Shown here one piece after another: positions 47,320 to 57,400 of a DNA stretch of 64,000 nt. The notes below the pieces were generated by a model, which saw only the letters and a list, made by a program, of their open reading frames with translations, ran no database searches and had not been told where the DNA came from. A program made the position numbers and the translations under genes. Source of the stretch: a virus. The stretch lies in IMG/VR virus record IMGVR_UViG_3300033182_000538, positions 102,989 through 166,988 of that record; one strand, 5' to 3'. Positions within the stretch are counted from its first letter, which is position 1; each line of letters starts with the position of its first letter.

Positions 47320-50300
47320 TTATACTGAACCACTCTGGTACATCAGAACAATTCCGGTAAATGAACCACTCGAAAACTCTAACAAACCACTATTCGTGTT
47401 AAATGCAAACCCACCATTTGCCAATCCACTAATAGTTGTACCCAACGCAGATTCACCTTTTTGACCTTGTGGCCCTTTAGCACCTTGTGCGCCACCAGCA
47501 CCTTGAGCTCCTTGTGGAGATGAACCTTGAGCTCCTTGAGCTCCTTGTGCGCCAGTTGGAGAAGCTCCTTGAGCTCCTTGAGGACTTGACCCTTGAGCGC
47601 CGTGGTCACCTTGTGGCCCTTTAGCACCTTGTGCTCCAGCGGCTCCTTGAGCTCCCTGCGCACCTTGTACACCCTGCGCACCTTGAGCGCCTTGTTGACC
47701 CTGATTACCTTGTGCACCTTGCGGGCCTTGAGCACCTGTTGGAGAAGCACCTTGAGCGCCTTGAGCCCCTTGTGGGCCTTTCGCACCTTGAGCTCCTTGA
47801 GGACTTGAACCTTGAGCACCTTGAGCACCTTGTGGGCCCTGTGCACCTTGGTCACCTTGTGGACTACCACCTTGAGCACCTTGAGCGCCTTGGTCACCCT
47901 GCGCACCCTGTGCACCCGTTGGAGAAGCTCCTTGAGCCCCTTGGTCACCCTGTTGTCCTTTTGAACCTTGAGCTCCTTGAGGTGATGAACCTTGTGCACC
48001 TTGAGCACCCGTTCCACCTTGAGCACCTTGAGCTCCAGTTGGAGAAGCTCCTTGAGCCCCTTGGTCACCTTTTGGCCCCTTAGCACCCTGTGCACCTTGA
48101 GGACTTGACCCTTGAGCACCTTGGTCACCCTTTGGCCCCTTAGCACCCTGTGCACCTTGAGGACTTGACCCTTGAGCACCTTGAGCCCCTTGGTCACCCT
48201 GCGCACCTTGAGCGCCAGTTGGAGAAGCCCCTTGAGCACCTTGTGCTCCCGTTGGCCCCTTTGGCCCTTGAGCGCCTTGAGGACTTGAACCTTGAGCACC
48301 TTGGTCACCTTTTGGCCCCTTAGCACCCTGTGCACCTTGAGGACTTGACCCTTGAGCACCTTGATTACCCTGAGCACCTTGCGCACCTTGGTCTCCTTGA
48401 GGTGATGACCCTTGAGCACCTTGAGCTCCTTGCGGGCCTTTCGCCCCTTGGGCTCCTTGAGGACTTGAACCTTGAGCACCTTGAGCACCCTGATTACCCT
48501 GTGCACCTTGGTCTCCTTTAGGAGATGAACCTTGAGCACCAGTTGCACCTTGAGCACCAGTAGCACCCTGCGCACCTTGTGGAGAAGCTCCTTGAGCCCC
48601 TTGGTCACCTTGTGGCCCTTTGGCTCCTTGAGCACCTTGAGGTGATGACCCTTGAGCACCTTGAGCACCCTGATTACCTTGTGCACCTTGGTCACCTTTA
48701 GGACTTGAACCTTGAGCCCCTTGGTCACCTTTCGGCCCTTTAGCTCCTTGAGCACCTTGAGGTGATGACCCTTGAGCACCTTGAGCTCCTTGCGGGCCTT
48801 TCGCCCCTTTAGCTCCTTGAGGTGAAGCCCCTTGAGCGCCTTGATTACCTTGCGCACCTTGTGCACCCTGAACCCCTTGAGGTGATGAACCTTGAGCACC
48901 TTGAGCACCTTGTGGGCCTTTTGCACCTTGAGCTCCTTGAGGACTTGAACCTTGAGCACCTTGAGCACCTTGTGGGCCCTGTGCACCTTGGTCTCCTTTA
49001 GGACTTGAACCTTGAGCACCAGTAGCACCTTGAGCGCCTTGTTGCCCCTTTTGACCTTTAGACCCTTGAGGTGAAGCCCCTTGAGCACCTTGTGGGCCCT
49101 GAGCACCTTGTTGCCCCTTTTGACCCTTAGCTCCTTGAGGTGATGCTCCTTGAGCACCTTGGTCGCCTTTTGGGCCTGTACTACCTTGAGCACCTTGAGC
49201 ACCTTGAGGTGATGAACCTTGTGCACCTTGATTACCCTTAGCACCTGTGGCACCTTGCGCGCCTTGGTCACCTTTGGGAGATGAACCTTGAGCACCTTGT
49301 GGGCCTTGTGGGCCCTGTGCACCTTGAGCACCTGTATCACCTTTTGGCCCTTGTGTTGCTGAACCTTGAGCACCTTGACCACCCTGATTACCTTTTTGCC
49401 CCTTTTGACCTTTAGCTCCTTGAGGTGAAGCCCCTTGAGCTCCCTGTAGGCCCTGAGCACCTGTTGGGCCCTGATTACCTTTAGCACCTTGGGGTGATGC
49501 TCCTTGAGCACCTTGTGGACCCTGAGCACCTGTGGCACCTTTCTGACCCTTAGCACCTTGGGGTGATGCTCCTTGAGCACCTTGTGGGCCCTGAGCACCT
49601 TGTTGCCCCTTTTGACCCTTAGCACCTTGAGGTGATGCTCCTTGAGCACCCTGACCACCCTGATTACCTTTTTGCCCCTTTTGACCCTTAGCTCCTTGGG
49701 GTGATGCTCCTTGAGCACCTTGGTCGCCTTTTGGGCCTGTACTACCTTGAGCACCTTGAGCACCTTGAGGTGATGAACCTTGAGCACCCGTGGCACCTTT
49801 TTGACCTTTCTGACCTTTAGCTCCTTGAGGTGAAGCACCTTGAGCACCTTGTGGGCCTTGTGGGCCCTGTGCACCTTGAGCACCTGTATCACCTTTTGGC
49901 CCTTGGGTTGCTGAACCTTGAGCACCCGTGGCACCTTTTTGACCTTTAGCTCCTTGAGGTGAAGCCCCTTGAGCACCTTGGTCGCCTTTTGGGCCTGTAC
50001 TACCTTGAGCGCCGGTTGAACCCGCTGGGCCTTGAGCACCTTTTTGACCCTTTGACCCGGCAGCACCTTGAGCTCCTTGCGGGCCTTTCGTACCTTGTGG
50101 ACCAGTTGGACCAGTGTTACCTTTTTGCCCTTTTTGACCCTTAGCACCCGTTGGGCCGGTGTTATGCATTAGAATAGAACCTACAAAGTAATTATGGTCA
50201 GGTTCTACTTCTATACTTACTATATCTAATTCTTCTTCTACTAATTGTAGTGAAGTTATTTTTACATTATCGTAAAATAAGTGAGTTGGACATCCGTGTT

Positions 50301-50583
50301 CACAATCACACGAATAAGCGTTTCCAATCGGAGATACCCATTCACCATTTTGAAAGAATTTTACATCAAGTGATGTTTTTAATTCAGTACCATCTGAAAG
50401 TGAGATTTGTAAATACGAGTCAACTTTAGAGGTTCTTATACAAACTACTCGGTTATCTCTAACGAGACCCGTTTCAATATCATAACCCTTTACGAAATCA
50501 CCAAGTTTAATGTCACCGATTTTGGTAACATTTCCATTGATTTCTATTAAGGTATCTTTATGTAATCCGTGTATCAATTCCAT
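47320..50583 (-). CDS. Collagen-like fibre protein 2 (Hint domain, ~900-aa interrupted Gly-X-Y region, short C-terminal cap)
   Basis: GAQ/GPQ/GAK triplets with periodic G[AS]SPQ interruptions; Hint C-terminal motif VSIEVEPDHNYFVGSILMHN/T. Confidence 0.9.
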   Translation of the reverse strand: MELIHGLHKDTLIEINGNVTKIGDIKLGDFVKGYDIETGLVRDNRVVCIRTSKVDSYLQISLSDGTELKTSLDVKFFQNGEWVSPIGNAYSCDCEHGCPTHLFYDNVKITSLQLVEEELDIVSIEVEPDHNYFVGSILMHNTGPTGAKGQKGQKGNTGPTGPQGTKGPQGAQGAAGSKGQKGAQGPAGSTGAQGSTGPKGDQGAQGASPQGAKGQKGATGAQGSATQGPKGDTGAQGAQGPQGPQGAQGASPQGAKGQKGQKGATGAQGSSPQGAQGAQGSTGPKGDQGAQGASPQGAKGQKGQKGNQGGQGAQGASPQGAKGQKGQQGAQGPQGAQGASPQGAKGQKGATGAQGPQGAQGASPQGAKGNQGPTGAQGLQGAQGASPQGAKGQKGQKGNQGGQGAQGSATQGPKGDTGAQGAQGPQGPQGAQGSSPKGDQGAQGATGAKGNQGAQGSSPQGAQGAQGSTGPKGDQGAQGASPQGAKGQKGQQGAQGPQGAQGASPQGSKGQKGQQGAQGATGAQGSSPKGDQGAQGPQGAQGAQGSSPQGAQGAKGPQGAQGAQGSSPQGVQGAQGAQGNQGAQGASPQGAKGAKGPQGAQGAQGSSPQGAQGAKGPKGDQGAQGSSPKGDQGAQGNQGAQGAQGSSPQGAQGAKGPQGDQGAQGASPQGAQGATGAQGATGAQGSSPKGDQGAQGNQGAQGAQGSSPQGAQGAKGPQGAQGAQGSSPQGDQGAQGAQGNQGAQGSSPQGAQGAKGPKGDQGAQGSSPQGAQGPKGPTGAQGAQGASPTGAQGAQGDQGAQGAQGSSPQGAQGAKGPKGDQGAQGSSPQGAQGAKGPKGDQGAQGASPTGAQGAQGGTGAQGAQGSSPQGAQGSKGQQGDQGAQGASPTGAQGAQGDQGAQGAQGGSPQGDQGAQGPQGAQGAQGSSPQGAQGAKGPQGAQGAQGASPTGAQGPQGAQGNQGQQGAQGAQGVQGAQGAQGAAGAQGAKGPQGDHGAQGSSPQGAQGASPTGAQGAQGAQGSSPQGAQGAGGAQGAKGPQGQKGESALGTTISGLANGGFAFNTNSGLLEFSSGSFTGIVLMYQSGSV

Positions 50584-50595
50584 AATCTATACCCC

Positions 50596-51447
50596 TTATT
50601 GTGTTACGTTTAGGATTAAAACCACATTAAAACTATAACCTGATGCTCTCGATAAACTTGTTCTATTAACAAAGAGACTTAAATGGTCGCCACTATCAAA
50701 TGAATAATTGGTTGCGCCAAATGTATATGTTGTTGATGCACCAGCTGTACTACTTATAGTTTGAGTTTGTGTAGTTAGGCCCGTGCTATTTAAGAATGGA
50801 GTAATTGAAAGATTTCCACCTAGAGCATTTTGATGTGGGTGTACTATAATCTCTTTTATGTATCCATCATACGGAGCGTACCATCTATTATATCCAAATG
50901 GTATTAGTGATGTAGCATTTATACCAGCCCAAGGTGCAAATCCACTTAGATAAAAACTTGGGAATTCAAATGCTAACGGAATTAATTCAGGGGTTTGTAT
51001 CCACGAAAAAGAAGCAGACTCGGCTGTTATTAAACCACTTGAAGAAACTTCGAACTGAGATATACCAGACCCATCATTTACTTGGAAGAGGGTGTCTGAG
51101 ATGGTGTCAGTTACCTTGATTAACTCACCATTTGAACCAGATACAATAAAGATATCATTACCATCATTATCGTGAATTATTTCAGTCTTTTCTTCATTGT
51201 GGAATATAGAAGATGTCATAATCTCCGTAGACCCACTAAACATTGGTATGTAATTTAAGGTACCTGAACCTGTTACTGTAACAGGAGTTCCCCCATTCAG
51301 TTGAAATCGTTGTGTGGATGACCCCAATGAAAGGGTGTTATCCGAATCTGGCATAATATCTTGGGATGTGAGTATTCCACCAGATGCTGTTATTTCGTTT
51401 AATACTGCATCGCTTCCGGAAACGATGACTTTTTTCCAATTTGGCAT
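50596..51447 (-). CDS. Putative fibre-associated virion protein
   Basis: N-terminus MPNWKKVIVSGS is shared with 52000-53676; first gene of the collagen operon. Confidence 0.55.
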   Translation of the reverse strand: MPNWKKVIVSGSDAVLNEITASGGILTSQDIMPDSDNTLSLGSSTQRFQLNGGTPVTVTGSGTLNYIPMFSGSTEIMTSSIFHNEEKTEIIHDNDGNDIFIVSGSNGELIKVTDTISDTLFQVNDGSGISQFEVSSSGLITAESASFSWIQTPELIPLAFEFPSFYLSGFAPWAGINATSLIPFGYNRWYAPYDGYIKEIIVHPHQNALGGNLSITPFLNSTGLTTQTQTISSTAGASTTYTFGATNYSFDSGDHLSLFVNRTSLSRASGYSFNVVLILNVTQ

Positions 51448-51464
51448 ATTCTCTTCCTATTTGC

Positions 51465-51509
51465 GGTTGGTTACACTTACGTGCCCACTTCCCATTCGGG
51501 CCAACAACC
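51465..51509 (-). ncRNA. Candidate structured cis-regulatory RNA (three-way junction) in a 5' leader
   Basis: GUUGG-[CCC gaau GGG]-AAGUGG-[GCAC guaa GUGU]-AA-CCAAC; a GC-rich island in AT-rich intergenic DNA. Confidence 0.45.
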
Positions 51510-51546
51510 AGGTTTATTCTACTTTACTTATATAAGTATTAAATTT

Positions 51547-51576
51547 AAAAAATAAAATCCCCATAGGTGGGGATTC
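51547..51576 (-). terminator. Rho-independent terminator
   Basis: AATCCCCA-ccta-TGGGGATT-TTATTTTTT. Confidence 0.7.
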
Positions 51577-51578
51577 AT

Positions 51579-51770
51579 TTATTCTTTTGTGATAATATCA
51601 CCTTTTTTAGGTCTTTTAGATTTTGGAATTTCTAATAAATCAATTTCCATTTGAACTTTTCTTTGTAAGTCAACCATCATCATTGCGTCAGCGCCTGTGA
51701 TTGGTAGCTTTTCTAAAGCCATTCTTATAACTTTCAAATCAGTTTGATTTAAACCTTCATAAGCTTTCAT
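51579..51770 (-). CDS. Small hypothetical protein (possible fibre chaperone)
   Basis: 63 aa; 'ITGADA' segment resembles 'FQGKDL' in the neighbour. Confidence 0.5.
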   Translation of the reverse strand: MKAYEGLNQTDLKVIRMALEKLPITGADAMMMVDLQRKVQMEIDLLEIPKSKRPKKGDIITKE

Positions 51771-51776
51771 AACATT

Positions 51777-51980
51777 TTATTTTTCTTGATTTAACATAAC
51801 TTGTAATTTTACAGCCAAATTATACATTGACTCTAAATCTTTTCCTTGAAATGTAGAATTTGCGATTAAAGAAAGTAAAACCTCAAGCTCTTGTTGAGAG
51901 AGCTTGAGGATTACTTCATTATTGATTACATTTTTGGGTTTAACTTGTTTTTTTACATCTAATTTTTTATGTAAACTCAT
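51777..51980 (-). CDS. Small hypothetical protein (possible fibre chaperone)
   Basis: 67 aa, helical, tightly packed after a fibre gene. Confidence 0.5.
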   Translation of the reverse strand: MSLHKKLDVKKQVKPKNVINNEVILKLSQQELEVLLSLIANSTFQGKDLESMYNLAVKLQVMLNQEK

Positions 51981-51999
51981 AACTAAATTTATTTAAAAA

Positions 52000-53676
52000 T
52001 TAAGAATAAATCCAAATTGTTTCATCATCAGTTCTAACATTGATAGCACCCACACCTTGTAAAGAAACTGTAGATGGGTTTGCACCATTTGTTGTTTGAA
52101 TTTCACCGATTTTACTCAAGATAGCACCACCGCCACCTTCCCAATCGGTATCACCAGCAGATACATCTTCTGCAAAGATAAAGTTACCAGCAGAATCATC
52201 CCAACCAATAGCGTGACCTTGATTAGCACTATCACCAGAACCACCGAAGATAATACCTACATCAGCACCACCACTTGAACCTGAGTTCAATAGGATAAGC
52301 GGGTCTTCTACGTTTAAGTTAGCTACTTGTAATTCAGTTCTTGTACCTTCAACAGTTAAATCACCAGTTACAGTTAAGTTAGTAAATGATGGAGAATCTG
52401 ATGTAGCAACTGATTGGTCTTGACCACCTAAGTAACCCCATTGAGTATTTGAGATTGTTACTGAATTGATGTTACCAATCTGACTTGCTTCACCCGAAGT
52501 GATAGATTGGTTATGTAAATCTGATGCGTTACCAGCAGTACCATCTACATCACCTTTAAGAGATGCAGTTACGTTTGTTACAGTTACTGCATCAGGCAAT
52601 CCAATTGTAAATGCAGATGAACCATCGGCATAAGCAACTGTTACTTCATTTGAAGTACCTTGAATAGTAAGAGTTTCTGCATCACTAATTGCACCATTAC
52701 CAGAACCACCATCGCTTACTTGTAGGTCGTAAACGAAATCAGAACCTTCAAGAGTTGTGATTCTTGACGCTAATGAAGATGAATCAGTAGTGAATGCACC
52801 AGAGATAGCAGTTTTAGCGCCCGCTGAGAAGTGTACGTTATCGATAGCACCATCAACGATTTCTGCAGAATCAACTGAATCATCTGCCATCATTGAGTTC
52901 TCAACTGCGTTTGATTGAATAGTCAATGCGATTTGAACTGCGTCAGTAGATAGAGCCGCCTGACCAGCCACATCACCAGAAGCAGTAACTGATAAAGCAC
53001 CATCGTTCAACATACCCAAATCAATTGCGTCATTAGCGATAGTCAATGCACCACCTGCAGCGATTGTAGCATCACCACTAATATCGTTAAATACCGCGTC
53101 TCTAACAACACTAAAGTCAGCTCTTTTAACTGTACCTGCATCTGAAACTAATAATTCATCAGTATCAGCAACATCTCCTGTCATTTGACCTTGACCTGAA
53201 ATAATGTTGTTGTTTAACATATCCGCTTCAACGGCGTTGTTTTGAATAGTTAAAGCACCACCTGCAGCGATTGTAGCATCACCCGATACATTACCAAAGA
53301 TTTCATCTTCTAAGTTAGAGAATGTAATTTTTTGTGAACCGTTGTCAGTTGCGTCTACCATTGCGATAAAATCATCTTGTGCAATTGTAGTTTCAGTACC
53401 TAATTCATTTAAATCAACCGCGATGTCAGCGATTGTTTCATCAGAACCTTGGTTCAATGTAAATACACCATCGCCTGAAGCGAATGAGATACCATTACCT
53501 GCCGTAATGGTAATTTGGTTATTGTTCACACCTGCCAAGTCAGATACCTGACCCGAAGATGAAACAATACCTGCACCTAACGCTTGGATACCTGCGTTGT
53601 CAATCAAGTATGCCGAGTCGTTATTTAGTTGTGAGATATTCGACCCACTAACTATGACTTTTTTCCAACTTGCCAT
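52000..53676 (-). CDS. Acidic fibre/whisker-like virion protein
   Basis: Repeated SGDATIAAGGALTI, coiled coil LASRITTLE and 'LTVTGDLTVEGT..LNVEDPLILLN'. Confidence 0.65.
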   Translation of the reverse strand: MASWKKVIVSGSNISQLNNDSAYLIDNAGIQALGAGIVSSSGQVSDLAGVNNNQITITAGNGISFASGDGVFTLNQGSDETIADIAVDLNELGTETTIAQDDFIAMVDATDNGSQKITFSNLEDEIFGNVSGDATIAAGGALTIQNNAVEADMLNNNIISGQGQMTGDVADTDELLVSDAGTVKRADFSVVRDAVFNDISGDATIAAGGALTIANDAIDLGMLNDGALSVTASGDVAGQAALSTDAVQIALTIQSNAVENSMMADDSVDSAEIVDGAIDNVHFSAGAKTAISGAFTTDSSSLASRITTLEGSDFVYDLQVSDGGSGNGAISDAETLTIQGTSNEVTVAYADGSSAFTIGLPDAVTVTNVTASLKGDVDGTAGNASDLHNQSITSGEASQIGNINSVTISNTQWGYLGGQDQSVATSDSPSFTNLTVTGDLTVEGTRTELQVANLNVEDPLILLNSGSSGGADVGIIFGGSGDSANQGHAIGWDDSAGNFIFAEDVSAGDTDWEGGGGAILSKIGEIQTTNGANPSTVSLQGVGAINVRTDDETIWIYS

Positions 53677-53773
53677 TTTGTTTTCCTTTTTTTTGTGTTA
53701 ACACTTTATTTTATTGATATATCAATTCGTAACTTGTTTACTTTATATAAGTATATTTTTTTTATTTAAAACA

Positions 53774-54466
53774 TTACTCAATACCAAAATAAAACGAAGA
53801 TGCTGAATAAGCAATAGCACCTTCTTCTGCTGTTGGTAATGTTGAGTATTCTTTTAATTTTAATAACCCATCCGCTATTGAAAGAGAACCTGTTATTTCT
53901 ATATCGTTTGTTGTAGAATATGCTGAGCCAGTAGCTCTAAACAATCCTAATTCATTTACTGCGTTTATGAAGTGTACTGATGAAGTATTTAATGTTAAAG
54001 TTACGCCACCAGTCAATCCACCACCACTTAAACCATCACCAGCAGTAACGCCTGTGATATCGCCTGAACCACCTCCACCTGAACCAGTCAATGCTGATAA
54101 ATCTACTGAAGATGAGATTCGAGTTGAACCTATCAAATCTTGACCAAAGAATGTTAGTGTATTTACTCCATCAAATGAAGCGGATACAAATGAACCACTA
54201 TAAAATGAAAATTCAGTAAAAGATACACTATCTTCATAAATACCTTCACCTGGATTTGCTAATGTAACATTGGCTTTGTATAATGAAGCACTATCAATAG
54301 CATAAACTATATCCCCATCGTAGAAATAGTTTGGGTGTATAGAATTCATCTCATTAGCAGTATCATATACTCTAAAGGCACCTCTGATTCTATCAATATC
54401 GGCTAAACGCGTATTGTTATTCTGAGCTGCGGTTGATAATACTAATTTTGAATTAAAGCTTGGCAT
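53774..54466 (-). CDS. Virion fibre-associated protein
   Basis: GGGSGDITGVTAGDGLSGGG motif shared with 54480-59066; AGGAG SD. Confidence 0.55.
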   Translation of the reverse strand: MPSFNSKLVLSTAAQNNNTRLADIDRIRGAFRVYDTANEMNSIHPNYFYDGDIVYAIDSASLYKANVTLANPGEGIYEDSVSFTEFSFYSGSFVSASFDGVNTLTFFGQDLIGSTRISSSVDLSALTGSGGGGSGDITGVTAGDGLSGGGLTGGVTLTLNTSSVHFINAVNELGLFRATGSAYSTTNDIEITGSLSIADGLLKLKEYSTLPTAEEGAIAYSASSFYFGIE

Positions 54467-54479
54467 CTATATACTCCTA

Positions 54480-57400
54480 TTATACTCCACCCGAACCACT
54501 TGATGGGCTTAGTCCAAGGTTAATATTAGTTGTAGATGAAACTTGATTAGCCGCACCTACCATAAACCAAGTTGTATACCCAAAGTGACTTGTTACTAAG
54601 TCAAATTGATTAATTTCTGATGTTTCGATTGTATTTGTACCATCAATAGTTGTTCCATCAGTACCAACTTCTAATACATATTCTCCAGCAGTAGAACCAC
54701 CATAACTATCACGAGTACTTGTTGGTACACCCGACATTTGTGACCCACTTGGCATAATTAATACAAAGTGAACACTTGAGTTACGAGAAATAGTACCACT
54801 ACTACCCATACCCCTTAATACATCGTGAACATTTGTTCCACTACCCGATGCTAGTAACGTAGCAGTTCGTGTTGAACCATAGGTATAATCAAATGAACTA
54901 CTACCAATTTTGTTATCGTTAATAATTGCATCAACAAATCCTTGATTACTAAATGGTGTAGCAACTGGTGGAGTTGAACTATCTTCGCTACTAATACCTA
55001 CTGAAGTATTGTAAGCTGCGTTGTTAAATCCAACATCATAAAGATATACTTTACCATATAATTCAGTATCAGGCGCGAATACGTTAACAGTAACTGACCC
55101 ACTACCTAAGTTACCATACTGGTCTTGGAATGTAATATCCGTTGTAATTGTATCACCACTACCAGATGTTGTTGAACTTACATCAACATTCATTGACAAC
55201 CCACCATTACTATCAACTGCGATTGCTGAATTTGATGATGTGAATGATGAAACTGCTTGTGAGTTGTAACTTGGTGAGTATGATACATTTAAGTCGGAAT
55301 CACTACCATTACCTTCACCAGTAACATTTTGTAGATTTGTACCACTTACAGCATTTGATATAATAAATGAGTTAGTATCACCTGTCAAAGTACCCACTGT
55401 TGATTGTGCGATGGTAAATGTATGTTCTTCCGTGTTTGTTCTAAATCCGTGAGTATCTTCAATACTCGCCGTAATAGCGTATGTTGTAGACCCACTTAAA
55501 TTTTCAGTAGCTTGTACTAAGTAAGTAGCACCACTACGTTTAGAGTTTAATTGACCACTTGGGTCAGTAAACGTAAATACATCGTGATTTATACTATCAC
55601 TCTCAACATCACTAAATGAAATTGTTGTCAGAGTACTACCACTTCTTGCACCATTGGTATTTAGGTTAGCCGATGTATTTGTGAATATGATATCTGGAGC
55701 ACTATTTGGTTCTACTTTAATTGTGTAATCAAAGTATTGTTTTGTAGTTTCAAATGAGTGTTCTGATGCGGTTATCGCTAGTGCGATAATACTTCCTGAT
55801 GTATAGATAGACCCACTAATATTTTGATTTGCTTGTAAGTATGTAGCAGAGCCAGTAACATTACTTGCTTTAATCATATCACCAGTAGATGAAACTTCCC
55901 ATCGTTGTATCACAGAACCACCGGCTGATGTTAATTGGGCAAATGTACCAGTTAGTCCTAAAATACCATTTTCTTTTCTAACATAGTAGTTTTCACCAAC
56001 GGATTCCATAATGTGTAATGAATCCCAATTGTCCGTAATTGATGCAGCTAAATCATCTGCGATAGGAATTGTAATCAAACCTGTATCAGTAGTTGTATTA
56101 AATGCGTCAGTCACCGTTACTTCATAAATGTAATTATTGGCAACATCTGAATTTAGGAATACTCCAATCTTTCTTGTAACCACACCCGTAGAACTTACTT
56201 GGAATGGGTCACGTGCGGGATTGTACAAATCACCAGCACCAGCATCCAAACTTGCTTTGATATCAGCGCCACCATCTAAGTTTACTTCTTGTAAAGTAAA
56301 GTTAGAGAATGTGATTGTATTTGTCTCAGGGTCAGTTGCACTAATTGTACCAGCATTTGCACCATTTGATGAATTCTCATTTACACCGCTAAGAGTTTGA
56401 TTATTTACACTTGGCCCAATGTTATCAACAACTGCGATTTGGAATGGTAAATATTTTATTGATTCAATATCATCACCATCTTCATAATGTTGGTCACTTG
56501 CTGTCAATACAAATTCGTATTGAGTTATATCTTCATAATCTAACGAAGCCGTTAATTGATTTAATTGAACATATGTTGATTCAATGTCTAATGAGAATTT
56601 ATTAGTAAAGTCAGTTGATAACGAACCGGTACCAATTGTGATTGTATCACTTTCATCATCCGTAAAGAATACTCTTGCTTTGTTACTACCTGCGGCTGAG
56701 TCTTCATTTAAAGATGATGTGAATGTTGTAATTACTGAACCAGCGATTGAAACTTCTCTCCACTTTGGAGCAGTATTTGGATTTACTCTAATGTATATTG
56801 TTTTTGAACCAACACCATTAAACGTATCTACCGCTTCTACTAAGAATGGATGTGAACCTGAACTTGGTGTGTTGTCAGTATTCATAGAAGCCGTTGATTT
56901 AACATTTAAGGTAACAGCCCCACCACTTGATATTCTAAAGAAATCATCAGTATATGCACTTGATGTTCTGAATGTTACCGATTGACCTTCAGCATCAGAA
57001 GCGACAACTGTTCCAACTGATGAACCACTTACTTCAAATTCTTCGATTGTGAATCCGTGAGATGTAATTGATGGTACAGTATTTGGGAAGAATACTTTTT
57101 CAATAAAGTTTGATAATGACCCACTTGTTCCAAAGTTTACATTATAAATACCACTTGGCAAGTCGGTATTAGAAACAGTTCTATTTCCATCAAATTCAGA
57201 ACCACTAATTTCAACAAGACCACTAGCTGAATTTATTGTGATATCAACGCCACCGGCGAACACTTGGTCACCAGTAAATCCTGAAGCAGCAGCCGATGCT
57301 GATACTTGAGCTGAACTTGATACCACACCATTTGGTAAACTATCTACAACTTGTGTTGAACTTGATATTGTACCACTTGGTAAACTTGATATTACTTGAG

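Noticed and set aside
43739-50144. Many short ORFs on both strands over the collagen genes (e.g. 45512-46096, 45714-46391)
   Set aside because: Same low-complexity frame artefact.
47379-50147. 922-aa V/L/K/H-rich ORF nested in another frame of collagen 2
   Set aside because: It is a shadow of the GGT-GCT-CAA repeats. A +1-frame stop needs a T at codon position 2 (L/I/V/M), which the collagen almost lacks. There is no independent initiation signal.
43700-50160. High-GC repetitive region as a CRISPR array, DGR or foreign island
   Set aside because: The repeats are in-frame Gly-X-Y codons with synonymous variation and no unique spacers. There is no reverse transcriptase or cas gene, and Gly/Ala/Pro content explains the GC rise.
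46755-50583. Hint domains as true mobile inteins
   Set aside because: No Cys/Ser nucleophile in block A, no N-extein and no endonuclease; the +1 residue is Ala in collagen 1.
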